A stretch of DNA of 64,000 nucleotides from Neoechinorhynchus agilis (Eukaryota; Animalia; Acanthocephala). The stretch is from NCBI GenBank assembly GCA_051530055.1, contig CM121341.1, positions 19,074,784 through 19,138,783 on the forward strand, read 5' to 3'. Both the position numbers and the translations under genes were made by a program. Position 1 is the first letter of the stretch; every line of letters begins with the position of its first letter. Positions 21,211 to 34,665 of this stretch are shown in pieces. The notes beneath the pieces are model-generated. The model was given only the letters and a program-made list of their open reading frames with translations, had not been told where the DNA came from and searched no databases.

Positions 21211-24200
21211 TCAACCATCAGACATTGCGTTCTTTACAATACTTTTCCTTACGATTCGATCTTGGAGATCTAGACGTAATCGGATGGCCATTTCTGACGC
21301 TTCTTTGCTTTCACCCATCGCAATAAGGCATTCGACCTTTTCTCTAGAGTCCTTCAAATTGTTCATGTACTCGTAAGCTTTGTCGTAATGACCGAACTTT
21401 ATTGCTAAGTAAACCAACTCCTATTGCTGGATATTATAAACAAGACAAAAGAAACGAGCCTCGTAGCCTAGGAATGCTTGCTTCTTTATCGGGACATAAT
21501 GCTCGAAGCTCGTAAAGTCATTAAGTTCGAAACAATATTTTGCCATGCATTTTAAATATCTAAATTGATTAAATTGTATAAACGCACATATCAAACTAGT
21601 TACCTAATTTCGTTGATGGGTACTTGTTGAGCTTTTGAATACTGTTTTGAACACAATAAGCGATCGAGTGTTTGTTGCGCCGTAAGACCTCTGTCAATTT
21701 TGTGCTCAGACTGAAATTTAAACAGTTTTATTTCATCTTCAAGAATCTAGACGTAATGTAAAGGCGGGAATGTTTCGACTTCAATGTCTTCATCGGACGT
21801 TCACCTGTAAAATCAAAGAATTATCCTTCAGCATCTCTTGGCATTTTGTGAGCAATGTCTTCTTATCAGTAGAACCGTAATTGCGTTCTATAAGCAATGA
21901 GTTTTCTTGAAACATAAGTGGACCATTTTTTCCGATTCCAAGTGAAAATGCTATTAATTCAAACGCTTCGTCCGTTCGCATATTTAACGTAGAGTTTGCA
22001 AAAGCATTAAGATGACGTACAACTAGTTAAATTCTTTAAAAAATTCTACATTTTAAAGTTTTGTAGGAGATTTGTAAACACTGAAAAATTCTGCAAATAA
22101 CAATCCGTGTTTTAAAGAACACAACTAAGGAGTCTAAATTTTTTAGAAATCCGTGTTTTCAAATTTAATGCTTTTATCTGTAAACCTCAATTGGCGTAAC
22201 TGTTCCGAATTTAAATTTATTCAATTGACGACACATCTGAAGGAGCTTCATTATGCAATATTAAATTTCTACGTACTTACGTCGATATAGAAGTTTTGTG
22301 AAAATTGATTTTTGAGTGTCTTTAACGTATTTTCTCCGAGTTTCACTGAGACCCCTGCTATTGAGCCGAAATCTCTAAATTCCTCCGATATCATCAAAGC
22401 ATCTTTATAGTTGAAAGATTTTAAGAGCAGGGGGATTCTCTTCGATTTAAGCGTTTCGAGTTGGAGAATTTCGCGTACAAGATTATTTTTTGAATGTTCA
22501 CATGCGACCGAGGCAAAATCAACATAGCTCAGTAATTTCGGAATCTTTTTTAAATATTCACTAGCTGCAGTGACTAAGTCGTCGTTAGATTTACTTCTTT
22601 TGCTAATCTGCATGCACGATAATGTCAGGGTTCGGCGAAATTGCGTACACATACCAATTCTCTAAACCACTCTTGTGCCACATATCGAACTTTATCTTCG
22701 TTTAACGAATTCAGTGCCATTTCTTGCGCAATCGAATAAAGCTTACAGGACAGTAAGCGATTAATAATGCCATTGATTCCGACGTCCATAAATCTATATG
22801 TAAAAACTAATGATGGTATTATTGAACGCGATATTACTGGTCATATGAAATTGGAGCTCGGAGAATGTCTCGGGTGATATTTATAGCAATTAGGATGCTG
22901 ATTGCATCGCTAATAGAATCAGTTCTTGTTAAGATTGAATCCATGTTAAGTATTCTGGCAAAGGAAGCGGCATGTAAATAATCAAGCTGCTCGGTTTTAG
23001 TCCAGCTTTTTCAAGAAGGCGAGTCTTGTATAGGAGCAAAAAATAGTCAGAAAAATTGTAGGACAAAAGTCGTAAAAACCCAAGTTCCCTACGAAGACGT
23101 CATCTTTTAAGTGCTGCAATTATACAAGACTCAATTGCTTCGTCCATATGATTGCTTATTGTCATAATAGCATCACTGCACTTCGAATCTTTTGACTGGA
23201 AAACAAGTCAAAGAACGCAAATATTAAAAGGAAGCTACCTCGTAAAGATTAGCGATGTCCACGAGAACACGTGCTTTGTTAAAACATGGATCGCAAGGTT
23301 CAATAAAGACTCTTCTGGAACTATGGTGATCTATGATTGAAAGTCCATCGGATTCCTGGATTAAAATGACGTCTCTGCTCATTTTATGCTCAAAGGTTCT
23401 ATATAACAACAGAACTGGTGGATTGAAAATACTAAAATCCTTACATTTCAGACGCGGTGTCCTTTGATACTATTGCTAACTTGGTATTTTGCTTACCGAT
23501 CAAGAGCACGCAAATTCCTTTGTTGGCACACCAGCAGAAATCAATCGACTCATAAGGTCGATTGTCGATCGTAATCTGAACTTCCTTTAACACGGCGCTT
23601 GCGTTCGCATTCAAGACAAACACAAGTAAGGAATCGGTTATGACACAAATGAGCTTGCGATTAGGCGATACACATACCGCTTCGATTAATAATGATCGCG
23701 ATGCAATTTGTGGAATCTTTGTAGCCTTGGATGATAGCAAAAAATCAAAAGTATTACCTCCAAATGAGTAACACTCTCGTTTGAAACATAGAATATTGAA
23801 GTGCCTTCGGTGTATATGACCACTGGAGTTTGGGACTCGTTGGACGTTGATATGCACCATTGACGATTATGTACTGGAGAACCTTTGAGTGGATAGAAAT
23901 GTAATCATTAAGTTTTCCGGCGTTTTTCTCCTTTATGGCTCACTAGTAGTATAAACTATGAACCATAAAGAAACATTTAAAATTTAACTTTTAGGGATTA
24001 AAATTTAAAATCTATTATGGACCCAAAGAAACCAGAACATACTTGGACAAATTTGAAAAGCTTCAATGTGCTTTTGAATTCGATTAAAGTCATCGATGAC
24101 ATATAATTGATTTTTGCCACGATTTATAAACACTGCGATAAAATCGAAGTCCACTTCAGAATGAAGGTATTTGCAGAACTTTATCTATACGAAACTTGTC

Positions 24201-24708
24201 ATAAGTTGCGAATTGTCAGTCTTACATTAGCGAATGTTGCTTCAAAAACAGGTTGAATTGAATTTTTGGACATTATATCGTAAATACAAATTTCTAAGCA
24301 GCTTTAATAAGACCAGTTAACATTTTCGTCTAACCATTTTCATAAACCAAAATCAGCTGCTCATTCATTGAACGAAATAATAATTGCTTACAGTTTCCTT
24401 TCAACTAATCCAACAAATCTTGATATAAATTCTTCAGTGATTAACTAACTTTAAAAGAACAAATAGCATGGTTCAGATAAAGGATTCTAATTCTGTATTG
24501 ATTATTTTTTACAGTAACAACAGCTGTCGGTCCGGAATTAGGACAAACTGCAATTAAGCACACAGTTTCATCGAAAGTATATAATAATCGATCACAGGAG
24601 ATTTTCCTAAACGAAAACAAAATTGCAAAAATTAATAATGATTCTGATCTGCTTAACCAACCGAAAACTCGATTCACCGACTTTAATGGTATCGATCTTT
24701 GTATTCAT
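21211..24708 (-). CDS. VPS16: Vps16-like HOPS/CORVET subunit (multi-exon)
   Basis: Beta-propeller-like AVCVSPNRKLICVIT, then LSYVDFASVA..KRIPLLLKSFNYKDAL, and a C-terminal YLAIKFGHYDKAYEY. Exon structure only partly resolved. Confidence 0.6.
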
Positions 24709-25948
24709 CTTAAAATGACAATTGGCAACCGTTTTGCATAAAAAAGAATGAAAAATTTTGCATGGATAAAAATTGACGTTAATTTAAAAAAGACCTTTTA
24801 AAAACGTGATTAAGTTACTGATGTCGTAAGAGTATACAAATGGAAAAAACACAACACAAAAATACAAAAGAACAACAAACATAAAGAAAACAGTTTTACA
24901 CATGTAATAATAACAATAATAACACGTTTATTGGTTACGAAAAACACCTTCAAAAACCCACGTAGCAAATCTATAGAAAACGTGCATAATGTTGCACAAA
25001 AAAGGGACTAAATGCGACTTTACAAATGCGTACGCCGAGTGGTGTGTGCGTTCATAATGCGCTTGATATGTCGCTGGTTCAAATCCGCTGGTCGCCGGGT
25101 TCCACGGGTGTGCGAGGCTGCTGGAAGGGTGGGGTCAGGTTTTGAGATTGGCCCCATAAGAGGGTTGGCCCTGCCCCCTCGAGTGAGACTTAGCGCTTCC
25201 GAAGTGCGTGAGTTAGCCGAGAGGATCCAAAAGAAAAGAGTTAGCCGGAAAATCTGCCAAAAGACATGTAGTGAGACCCTGTGTATTTGCGATTTAAAGA
25301 TAAAAAACGAAAGTAAATTAACAGAACCTAACAAACTTATACGAACGAAAGCGGAAACGGTAACACATTTACAAAAGTGCGCAGGTAAACCTTTACAAGC
25401 TAACGCCGGCCGAAACACACACATAAATACATAAACAAACAAGGAATTTCAAGATATCAGTAAACTTCACTTTTTTCAGACATGAAATCATTCACACCAC
25501 CGCCTTTCTGGATCACTTAGCTGCCGTGCTGGTGTATCGGTCCAAACGACGGATGCAAATGTATTGCAACAATGATTGAAATGACCATTTTTGCATGTTA
25601 GGAGCACTTTAAATTTTCAATCATTTTCTACGTTGGATTATTTCGGTTACTTCGGTGCCAAAATGCTGCATTTGTACGTATGACACTTGGAGAATTCAAA
25701 AACTTGAGCAGTCTTTGTTACGGATTTTGACTATGGTTCGTGTGGAGCAGAAAACAAAATAACTACGTACTGGTTGCGCTGAGCGCTCATTAAATCGACA
25801 AATGACCTCGCGATACCCACGCACTCATTAAAATTGAAAACTTGATTAGAACCAAGCAGTTTTGATTCTTTCGTAAAAGATAGAGATCCGCCCGGCGAAT
25901 ATTCGTGCACAAATCTTGACTGACCATTAGGAATTTCTTCTGTACAGC

Positions 25949-26254
25949 ATGCGTCCGGGTGGTACGAAGGTTCAAAAGGTGATGGTTCAGCCCATAAACC
26001 TTATTTTTCGATTTCTGCAGAATGAACGTCGGGTTCAAGTGTGGCTGTATGAACAAGTTAACCTTAGGATCGAAGGAAGGATTGTTGGTTTTGACGAATA
26101 CATGAATCTAGTCCTTGATGACTCAGAGGAAATTCACTTGAAGAAAAAATATAGAAAAAAACTCGGTCGGATATTGTTAAAGGGTGACAATGTTACCCTT
26201 ATTCAACTTTCACCGGAGGAACTAACAAAGTTGGAAGAGGAAGGCCAAGGATGA
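25949..26254 (+). CDS. SNRPE: Small nuclear ribonucleoprotein E (SmE)
   Basis: [64 protein letters not shown]. Confidence 0.98.
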   Translation: MRPGGTKVQKVMVQPINLIFRFLQNERRVQVWLYEQVNLRIEGRIVGFDEYMNLVLDDSEEIHLKKKYRKKLGRILLKGDNVTLIQLSPEELTKLEEEGQG

Positions 26255-27058
26255 AAAATCTCATGTTACTTGAAAGCTTCCTGAGTGAAAAGAATGTTCG
26301 TGGTTGTTGTCTGTATTTCGGAGATTGTTTTTCTCTATTTTTGTAGGTACCGCGGTGTCACTCGGAATCAAGTCTTTGTTCAAAACATCATCGGGGCAAA
26401 GAAATTCGCATGTAACTTTTTCGTTGATTTTTTCTTGGCGTCTTAGTCCAATGTGTCGAATACCGTTTTAAAGATTCGAAGTAAGTTGATTTTTGCTTTT
26501 GAATTCAGCGCATTATTCATCTGTATTTTTGGGAAATCAGAACTTACAAATTCCCTATTTTTTCAATTACATGCATTTTTGTTATAATAGCACGTTTATT
26601 TGTTAAAAAATACAAAGAATAGGAGGACCCATGACATTTGGGTCCTCATAAGCATTCAAGATTCATAATTGTTCAAAAAAATGTGCGTATCCGTTAGGAT
26701 GAGAATATGCAGTCGAGGGATGTCCGTTCGGGTGATGTCCGTGCGGTGCCGATGGACATTAAAAGTCGTAGAATGTTCTTCCTTTCGCGTTTGATCTGTC
26801 ATCTAAATATCCACCTTCACTGGATAATAAAACTGTATAATTAAAGCCTAATGTGTGTAAAATAAAGGCATTTTATTTTTAAAACCGAGACATAACGTCT
26901 TCGAATGAGTGTCCAGGATTTTAATTCTGAACTATCGACATCGCCAGTTCTTACTGAACGATCGCAGGCAATTTTAACGGTTATTTATTGAATTCCCTTT
27001 ACCTTTAAGTCTCAAATTTGGACGAGAATGTTGAAGATGTGCTATACAACAATTATAT

Positions 27059-28987
27059 TTATTTGATTAACGCTTCGAGCGCACTGTTTTCTTCTTTTTT
27101 ATCCTCCTTCTCCGTTTGAGCGGATTTCAATATTTGCGCGAGGAGATTTTGTCCGTCATCTTTTACTTTAAGTCTTAAAAAGTCTTTTACCTGTCCTAAT
27201 TTCCCAATAAAGTTCCATAACAATATTCCAGCGATTTGATTCTGATCGTTGAGGTAAATAATCACTCCTCGTTTTTGGAATCCTTCATCTTTTCGACTTT
27301 GTGGTTCTGTGAAGAGACCCAGAGTTTTGTACTTCCTGCAATCAACATTCCCTATTCCTTCGATCGATAGATCATCTGTAACATCGCACCTAATAAAAGG
27401 GGATCCCTTAAAAGAAATCAAAATCGAACTTACCAAAATACGGGATCACTTCGATATGGTTTTATATCGCCGCCGATTTCGTCGTTGAACATGTTGAAAG
27501 CGGATGTTCGTCCAGTCATTAGGGCGTGATCGTATTGGAAGTTTATCCGTCTTTTCCGGCTATCCACATCAAAATACGAAATTGATGATCCTGCCGCGTA
27601 CACATCCGGACTGCACTGAAGGAAAGCATTTGTTAGAATGCGACCATTTTCGTCCGTTTCTACTGCACTTTCATTTAAATCTATTGTGCTAGGAACTATT
27701 CCGGAGTCTATAAGAACATAATCGGCTCTCAAATGGCGATTGCGGTTAGATGAGAATATCTTGTATCTGAGTACAACTGGATCACCTTCTTTTGTAGGTT
27801 CGATCGACTGCACTTCAGCCTCATTGAGTACAATAACTCCGCCTAAACAAAATGATTTCTTTGTTTAATAAGTACAACAACGAATATTACCTTACTTTTT
27901 GCCATTGCCTGAACGAGCTGTTTCGACAAGACTGGCGGTAAAATGGTTGAGAGTAGACCTACTTTGGGACAAATCAAATACAGAGAGGATCTTTGACACA
28001 GAAGTTTTGTACAAAAATCAATTTACCATTCAAAAATAGCTTTCAGTAGTTTTTTTAACAAAGACTACTTGTAAGTAGCGATTAAATAGCCTTCGCTTTT
28101 CATCTAACCTCACTTTCTACTGGTAATTTTAAGAAGAAAACCTAGCTAATAATTTCGCCAAATATGTTCTAGAAAAAGATTAGCATTGTAAAGATCCTTT
28201 CTTAAACAGATTGACTTTGACGATACTGCTTGAAAGCACTGGCCGTTTCGACAGCGGCGAAATCATCGCCCACAACGACCAAATTTCCAGTCGATGTATC
28301 AATTCGAGTTTTAATATTTACATAGTCCTGGAAGCTTTGAATTGCTGGAAATACTCTCGGATTATTGCTAAAATGCTTAATTTCTCGCGATTTGCATCCG
28401 AGCGCTAAAAGGCACTTGGAGAAGCAGATTTTGACTACTTGATCAGTTTTGAGGTTTTTAGCAGTTACATAAGACATTTTTGAGTTGAGCTCAGTTACTC
28501 GGTGATTGGTCAATACGGTCAGCGTTTCATTTTGGTCTGAATTTTGTAGTTGGTTTAAATTAGACTTGCCATCATCAGAAAAGTGTTCTGGGGGTGATGA
28601 TTCATCCGACGTCCAAAAACTCTTTTTGCTAAGATAAATCCGATTATAGGGCAATCGTGGTTCTTCGCTGATAATCAATATTCGCTTTTGAACATCATTT
28701 CCAATGCATAGAGCTCGGAGAACCTTTGCAGCTGACGATGCAGCAGATCCGCCTCCGACAATGACAAAATCGACATGTCCGGGATAGCAATCGTTTCTTC
28801 GGGCATACGGACTCCTCCGTGTTGCGTATTTTAGCGCCCCTTCAGATGGTTGATCGTTAACGGTCGATACCCGTTGGTGTACTTCCTTAGCTTTTGCTGG
28901 CGTTTTGTAAAGCGATCCCAGGATGACCCCAGTAGCACCGCTACCCAATACCAGAAGAGATGGTTTTAAAAGTTTAAGGTAGGACAT
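27059..28987 (-). CDS. AIFM1: Apoptosis-inducing factor (AIF) flavoprotein, multi-exon, divergent
   Basis: FVIVGGGSAA, LIISEEPRLPYNR..LSK, DHALMTGR..NM, PY..FWCDV and KGFQKRGVIIYL..IAGILLWN. Canonical short introns, e.g. about 27390-27433. Confidence 0.85.
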
Positions 28988-29371
28988 TATTGTGGTATAA
29001 TTGGTCTTCTAATTTTTAAATTCTCCATTTCTTTTTATTCTTTCGTACGTTCCAGTCGACAGTTTCGTCAGCAAAATATTGTTCATATTCTTGCTAAGGA
29101 ATTTACGCGCTTGTAGTTTTGAGACCCCGGATTTAAATTCACTGATTTATTACCGATATTTTATGTCGGATAATTCCGACTTTTCATCAAGGTTCGCCAT
29201 AGAAAAAGAGCATATTCCCCTGAAGATAATAATGTAAGACACAAATCTTTATTTTGGACCAATACTTGGGAGTTTTACTACTTATTCAAGACCATAAAAC
29301 GCTCACAATTATTTCCTCAAGCGCACTTCACTATATCCACACTCCTTCCTCCATGTTACCCAATCTTCTCG

Positions 29372-29510
29372 AATAATAATTGATTTATTTGATTATTTTT
29401 GGCCTTCGCGTAGGCCTTCTTCAGTCTATTAAGCGCGGATTTAACACTTTTATAATGGACTGAAGAAGGCCTACACGAAGGCCGGAAATTATCAAATGAA
29501 TTATTATAAT
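29372..29510. repeat. Inverted repeat of about 60 bp carrying degenerate hammerhead-like cores (Penelope-like terminus)
   Basis: CTGAAGA-A-GGCC-tacacgaa-GGCC-ggaaa at 29460-29488 and its inverted copy at about 29395-29424. Confidence 0.6.
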
Positions 29511-30104
29511 TCGCAATAAAAAGTAAGTTATGAACATGTTCTCAAATATCAAAACTTGAATTGAACCTGAGAAAAGACTCAATCTCACGAGCTCTCCGGC
29601 AAAAATATCCGCAACCGGATATTGTCAATCGCCCGGACTCGTAATCCACTCCAAAATCAATAGCCAGATTCATTTATCTAATCAGAACTCCAGTGTTTAT
29701 GAGGACCCAAAGGTACATGAGTCCTCTTCCTCTTTGTGCAGCAATAAAACGTGTATGTATAATTCTTGTAGAATGAAACTTGTCTCGTGGAATTGTCCTC
29801 ATTTTAAGCTTTTCCAATTTATTCTTCAGATTTCGTCGCTTTTAGTTTGTTCTTTATATAGCGATAAAAAAATCGATTTTTTTATCATAGGTCAAATTGG
29901 AGTTGGTGCCATCTATACCATTTCCGATTGCGTGATCCGGATATTATCTTTAAACAAATCGAGGACCGATCCTTAGCGATGCATTGCACATGTCACATTT
30001 TCGGATTCTACATCTTCAATTGTCTTCTTTTTTACGACTTTCTGAAAATTGTAAAGAAGTTGTTCAGTTATATATGTGTCCTTTGGTGATGAGAAGAATA
30101 GCTA

Positions 30105-31528
30105 TTGATTTATTGTTATGATAAGAAAATGAACACTGGTATTAACGCCGGTCCAGATAACATTCCGATCGAGCTGTGGCAATCCCTGGGAGTCTTCGGA
30201 ATAAAGTTGCTCACGAGGCTATTTCAGAAGATAGATTTGGAGGAAAAGATCCCGTCGGAATGGCAGGTAAGCATATTGATACCGATCTTCAAAGGCATAA
30301 GAGATGTTCTGTAGTGTCAGAGCTACCGCGACATCAAACTCATGTATCACACAATGAAACTGTGAAAACGAATGATCGATTACAGGATTAGCGAGGTGGT
30401 CCGAATCAGCGAGGACCAACGAGGATTTATGCCCGGCAGAAGTACAATCGATGCAATATTCGTGCTAAGGCAGCTGTATGAGAGGCTCAGTGAGATGCAG
30501 TGCCCTTTGCACAGTGTGTTCGTCGATTTGGAAGAGGCGTACGATACGGTTCCTCGAGATTTGGTGTGGGCATGCCTCAAAAAAAGTAATTGTCCCGAAC
30601 ACCATGTCGCCGCGATCCGAGCGATGTATCGAGAATGCTACACCTGCATGCGATGCCACAGCGGAACGACCGACTATTTCCGAGTATCAATGGGTCTTCA
30701 ACAAGGTTCGGCTCTGAGCCCATTCTTGTTCACGATTGTGATAGACGTCCTAGGAAATGCGGAAAGAGAAATGAACGCACCATTCGCGGACGCTTTGGTG
30801 CTTACGGCTAGGGATGTGGACACGCTCAAGAATTTGCTGGAGAGTTGGCGACAGCGATTAGAGAGCAACGGATTGAGAGTGAGCAGGCGCAAAACGAAAT
30901 ACATGGGACCGGGTAACCTCGATATGGAAGGAACTCAGATCGAAAAGATGGACACCTTTGAATATTTGGGCAGCATGTTGAACATGCATTGTGAGCTCGA
31001 ACCAGAGATCGGACAAAGAGTTCAATGCGGGTGGAACAACTGGAGGAAGACAATAGGCATCCCGATAAGCGTTTCCCGAACAAGCTCAAAGGGCGGGTGT
31101 ACAAGGCAGTAGTGCGACCCCCGAACAAGCTCAAAGGGCGTGTGTACAAGGCAGTAGTGCGACCCGCCATGCTCCACGGAGCAGAGAAGTGGGATACGAA
31201 GAAGGAAAACGTTTAACGATTAGCCGTCAACGAAATGCGGAAGCCTAGATGGTCCACAGGATTGACACGCAAGGATCGAGTGCCCAATGAGGAGGTTCGA
31301 ACGCTGTTTGCTGTCGAGCCGATCAAAGGGGCAATCGTTAAGAGGCGGATGCGATGGTATCTGCAGGTGACACAAGCAGATGAAGACGTCTGGGTGAAGA
31401 GCGCGTGGAGAATCGAGCTCGAGGTGAAAAAGAGAAGAGGGAGGCCCAAGAAGAGGTGGGAGGACAGTGTGAGCGGAGATTTCAAGACGCTGGGAAAGAA
31501 GAACAAAGACGAAAACCAACAATGCTGA
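30105..31528 (+). mobile_element. RTE-clade non-LTR retrotransposon, 5'-truncated, frameshifted
   Basis: GPDNIPIELW, QRGFMPGRSTIDAIF, VFVDLEEAYDTVPR, GLQQGSALSPFLF, FAD, FEYLGS, RVQCGWNNWRK and GRPKKRW. Confidence 0.92.
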
Positions 31529-31888
31529 AAAGAACGACCTCTCAAGTGAGAGAAAAGTTCAAAGAAATGTTTTATTCCGATAATTGCATCTATTTAGAAT
31601 CCGATAAGCCTAAATCTTCGGGTTGGTTCACCAGCAAAGCAGTTTCAGAGATAGATTGTTTGTGCTATTATTTTGCGTTTAAAGTGATGGAAACCTGAAA
31701 ACCGTTGTCACGAAACGAAACGTTCTTGCGTTTTAAATTTAAGTACTCAATCTAGGCGCGTTTCTAATTATTAACTTGTACACTATGAATTAATGATTTC
31801 ATTGTGTGTTGGTATATCTTTGGCCATCACTTCTTTCACTTTTAAGAATTTACCTGCAAATCGACTATTCACCGAACGGATCACACAA

Positions 31889-34665
31889 TTATTCTATAAT
31901 TGGCAAAATAACATAATTGAAAAACTTTGCTCTAAACTCTGAACTGTCGAACATTCTCGCTCGTTTCCGGGCTTCGTCTCGGATCGTTTCCTTCGAAGTG
32001 TTGTCCATTTTCAAAATATTTGAGATTTTGTTGACGTACTCGTCGACACTCGCGGCGCAGTAGCCGCACCGCGACGAAGTTTTCATTGGTGCGATTATAT
32101 CTTCGAGTGGACCGGCGGATTTGTGCGCTACCATAATGAGTCCAGCGTTCATCGACTCGACAATGGCTGTAGTTAAAAGCGTGATTAAAATCCAAGATAG
32201 TATATATTTTAAGATGCTTGCAAACTCACCGATTCCGAAGTGTTCATCAATCATAGTGTGTATCCCAATGGAGCTACGAATAAGAGATTGCTTTAAAGCA
32301 TTGGCACTGATTCCACATGCAAACCAAAGTGTAGTGTCGGTATCCCTTTCCAAATCTTCAACGGGATTTTTAGTAACTTCAAATGAAATGTGCTTAGAAA
32401 ATGCGATTCCAATGAGGTCAGCAACTCGCTTCCGATCTTTTGAATCTCTACAACCTCCTATCATAAGAAGTCTTACTTTGCCCCGGAACTCTGGATATCG
32501 CGAAAACAGCTCATCGATTATTTCAATCTGCATAGCCAGATTCTTCTCTTGTCTAAACTGAGCCACTGATACTATCACGGGTGGAATGAATCTTTCAACA
32601 TTTCGCTCTTCCTCTTGTATAGGAGAGCCATCACATGGAGGATAAATAAGAATGGCATGCCGGTCCCATTGGTTCTCAATGTGACGCTTTGTCCAAGTTG
32701 AATTCGCTACCACAAAAGTACACAGCCTTCCACATTGCTTATATACAAAACTAAGTCCAGAATAGTAAGTATCCTTTAGTTTACTATGGTGATCTCTTTT
32801 TATTGAGTCATTGATGGTCGGATAATGCACATAGGCAATAATATAATGTATTCCACCGAGAAATCGGAATATTGGATACGTGAAAGCATATCCGGCAGTA
32901 TCGATGAGAGCGTCTACATTGCTTATACGAAAACTGCCCTCTGCGGCTGCAACCATTGAGCCAATACTTTGCCCAAGTATTGCAGCGAATTTGTATCTTT
33001 CTGCTTTTAAAAGACCGTGAGTTAAAATTCGTACAATTTCGATCGGACATTCAATCTTTATTCCGAATTGATCGTTAATATGCGTTTTCACTTCGAGCTC
33101 ATCCGGGCACGAACTGGCCGCCAACACAGTGATATGAATGTTTTTTCTACGAAAGCAAACCGTTGAGTATGAACCGATTAATACAAGGGCGAAGAAGAGA
33201 GTTGATTATGGCTCTCATTATAAAAAAAGACTCATTTTAATTGCGTATTTTTTCAGCGAAGAAAAATCTTTGTTCAGCATCGTTGTAAAATGCCCAAGTA
33301 ACGACGAGAGCATTTCATTATGGAAACCATTATGAAACGCCTTCTGCTGCGCTAATAATTTCGCATACGAGTTAAAAAGACATTCAATTGTGAAAGGGAG
33401 AAGAGAGTTGAATACGGCTCTCGTTATAAAAAAAGGACTCATTTGCATTGTGTATTTTTTCAGCAAAGAAAAATCTTTGTTTAGCATCGCTATAAAATGC
33501 CCACGTTAATAATTTCGCATACGAGTTAAAAGGGCATCTAATTGTGAAAGGGAGAAGAGAGTTGATTATGGCTCTCATTATAAAAAAAGACTCATTTTAA
33601 TTGCGTATTTTTTCAGCGAAGAAAAATCTTTGTTCAGCATCGTTGTAAAATGCCCAAGTTACGACGAGAGGATTTCATTATGGAAACCATTATGAAACTC
33701 CTTCTGCTGCGCTAATAATTTCGCATACGAGTTAAAAAGACATTCAAATGTGAAAGGGAAAAGAGAGTTGAATACGGCTCTCGTTATAAAAAAAGGACTC
33801 ATTTGCATTGTGTATTTTTTCAGCGAAGAAAAATCTTTGTTTAGCATCGCTATAAAATGCCCACGTTAATAATTTCGCAAGAGAGTTGATTATGGCTCTC
33901 ATTATAAAAAATTTTTTGTTTTTTGGGTGTGTGTTGTTGTTGAACGAGTAAAAGGGCATCCAATTGTGAAAGGAGAAGAGAGTTGATTATGGCTCTCATT
34001 ATAAAAAAGGACTCATTTTAATTGCGATTTTTTCAGCGAAGAAAAATCTTTGTTCAGCATCGTTGTAAAATGCCCAAGTAACGACGAGAGCATTTCATTA
34101 TGGAAACCATTATGAAACGCCTTCTGCTGCGCTAATAATTTCGCATACGAGTTAAAAAGACATTCAATTGTGAAAGGAAGAGAGTTGATTATGGCTCTCA
34201 TTATAAAAAAGGACTCATTTTCATTGCGTATTTTTTCGGCGAAGAAAATTCCGCTTAGCGTCGTTGTAAAATGCTAACGTTAATAATTTTGCAAACGAGT
34301 TAAAAAGACATCCATTTATGCCACAATCGCTAACTACTTCGCCTGATTGAAATTTTGATTTCTTGCTAAGATTTTACAAAGCAAACCTACATCTTTTCTT
34401 CAAGAGATTTGATGCTGTGCCAGAGGACTTTCTCGCCACCTCCGCCGGCCATACAATTCGGATGGAAAAAAGCCACATGGAAACGATCGTCGGGTCGATT
34501 TAGACGGTTCATCCTCGATCGTATGATCAATATGACCGAGATAACACCAATAGTGACGGCCGTTGTGGATAAAATCGTTATTCCGAGAGGTACCATTAAC
34601 AGAAATGCTCCTAAGGCCAAGGAGATTACCGCAAATGTCAGTATTATCAGACTTGTGATGCACAT
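31889..34665 (-). CDS. ALG11: GDP-Man alpha-1,2-mannosyltransferase ALG11; introns 33147-34390 and 32167-32229
   Basis: [63 protein letters not shown] and [10 protein letters not shown]. Both introns are GT-AG and restore the frame. Confidence 0.93.
33190..34320. repeat. Tandem repeat (alternating about 205- and 150-bp variants, about 7 cores) filling ALG11 intron 1
   Basis: Core GAGTTGATTATGGCTCTCATTATAAAAAA..GACTCATTT..CAGCGAAGAAAAATCTTTGTTCAGCATCG recurs repeatedly. Confidence 0.95.

Noticed and set aside
25012-25442. Overlapping 140-aa ORFs on both strands
   Set aside because: No recognisable motif, simple CA-rich flanks. More likely a repeat or LTR-like remnant.
25690-25810. Possible two-hairpin H/ACA RNA upstream of SmE
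   Set aside because: The second hairpin has no convincing lower stem. A chance fold in AT-rich DNA is likely.
33190-34320. Intronic H/ACA snoRNA cluster in ALG11
   Set aside because: No conserved ANANNA or ACA at the correct distance from the hairpins on either strand.
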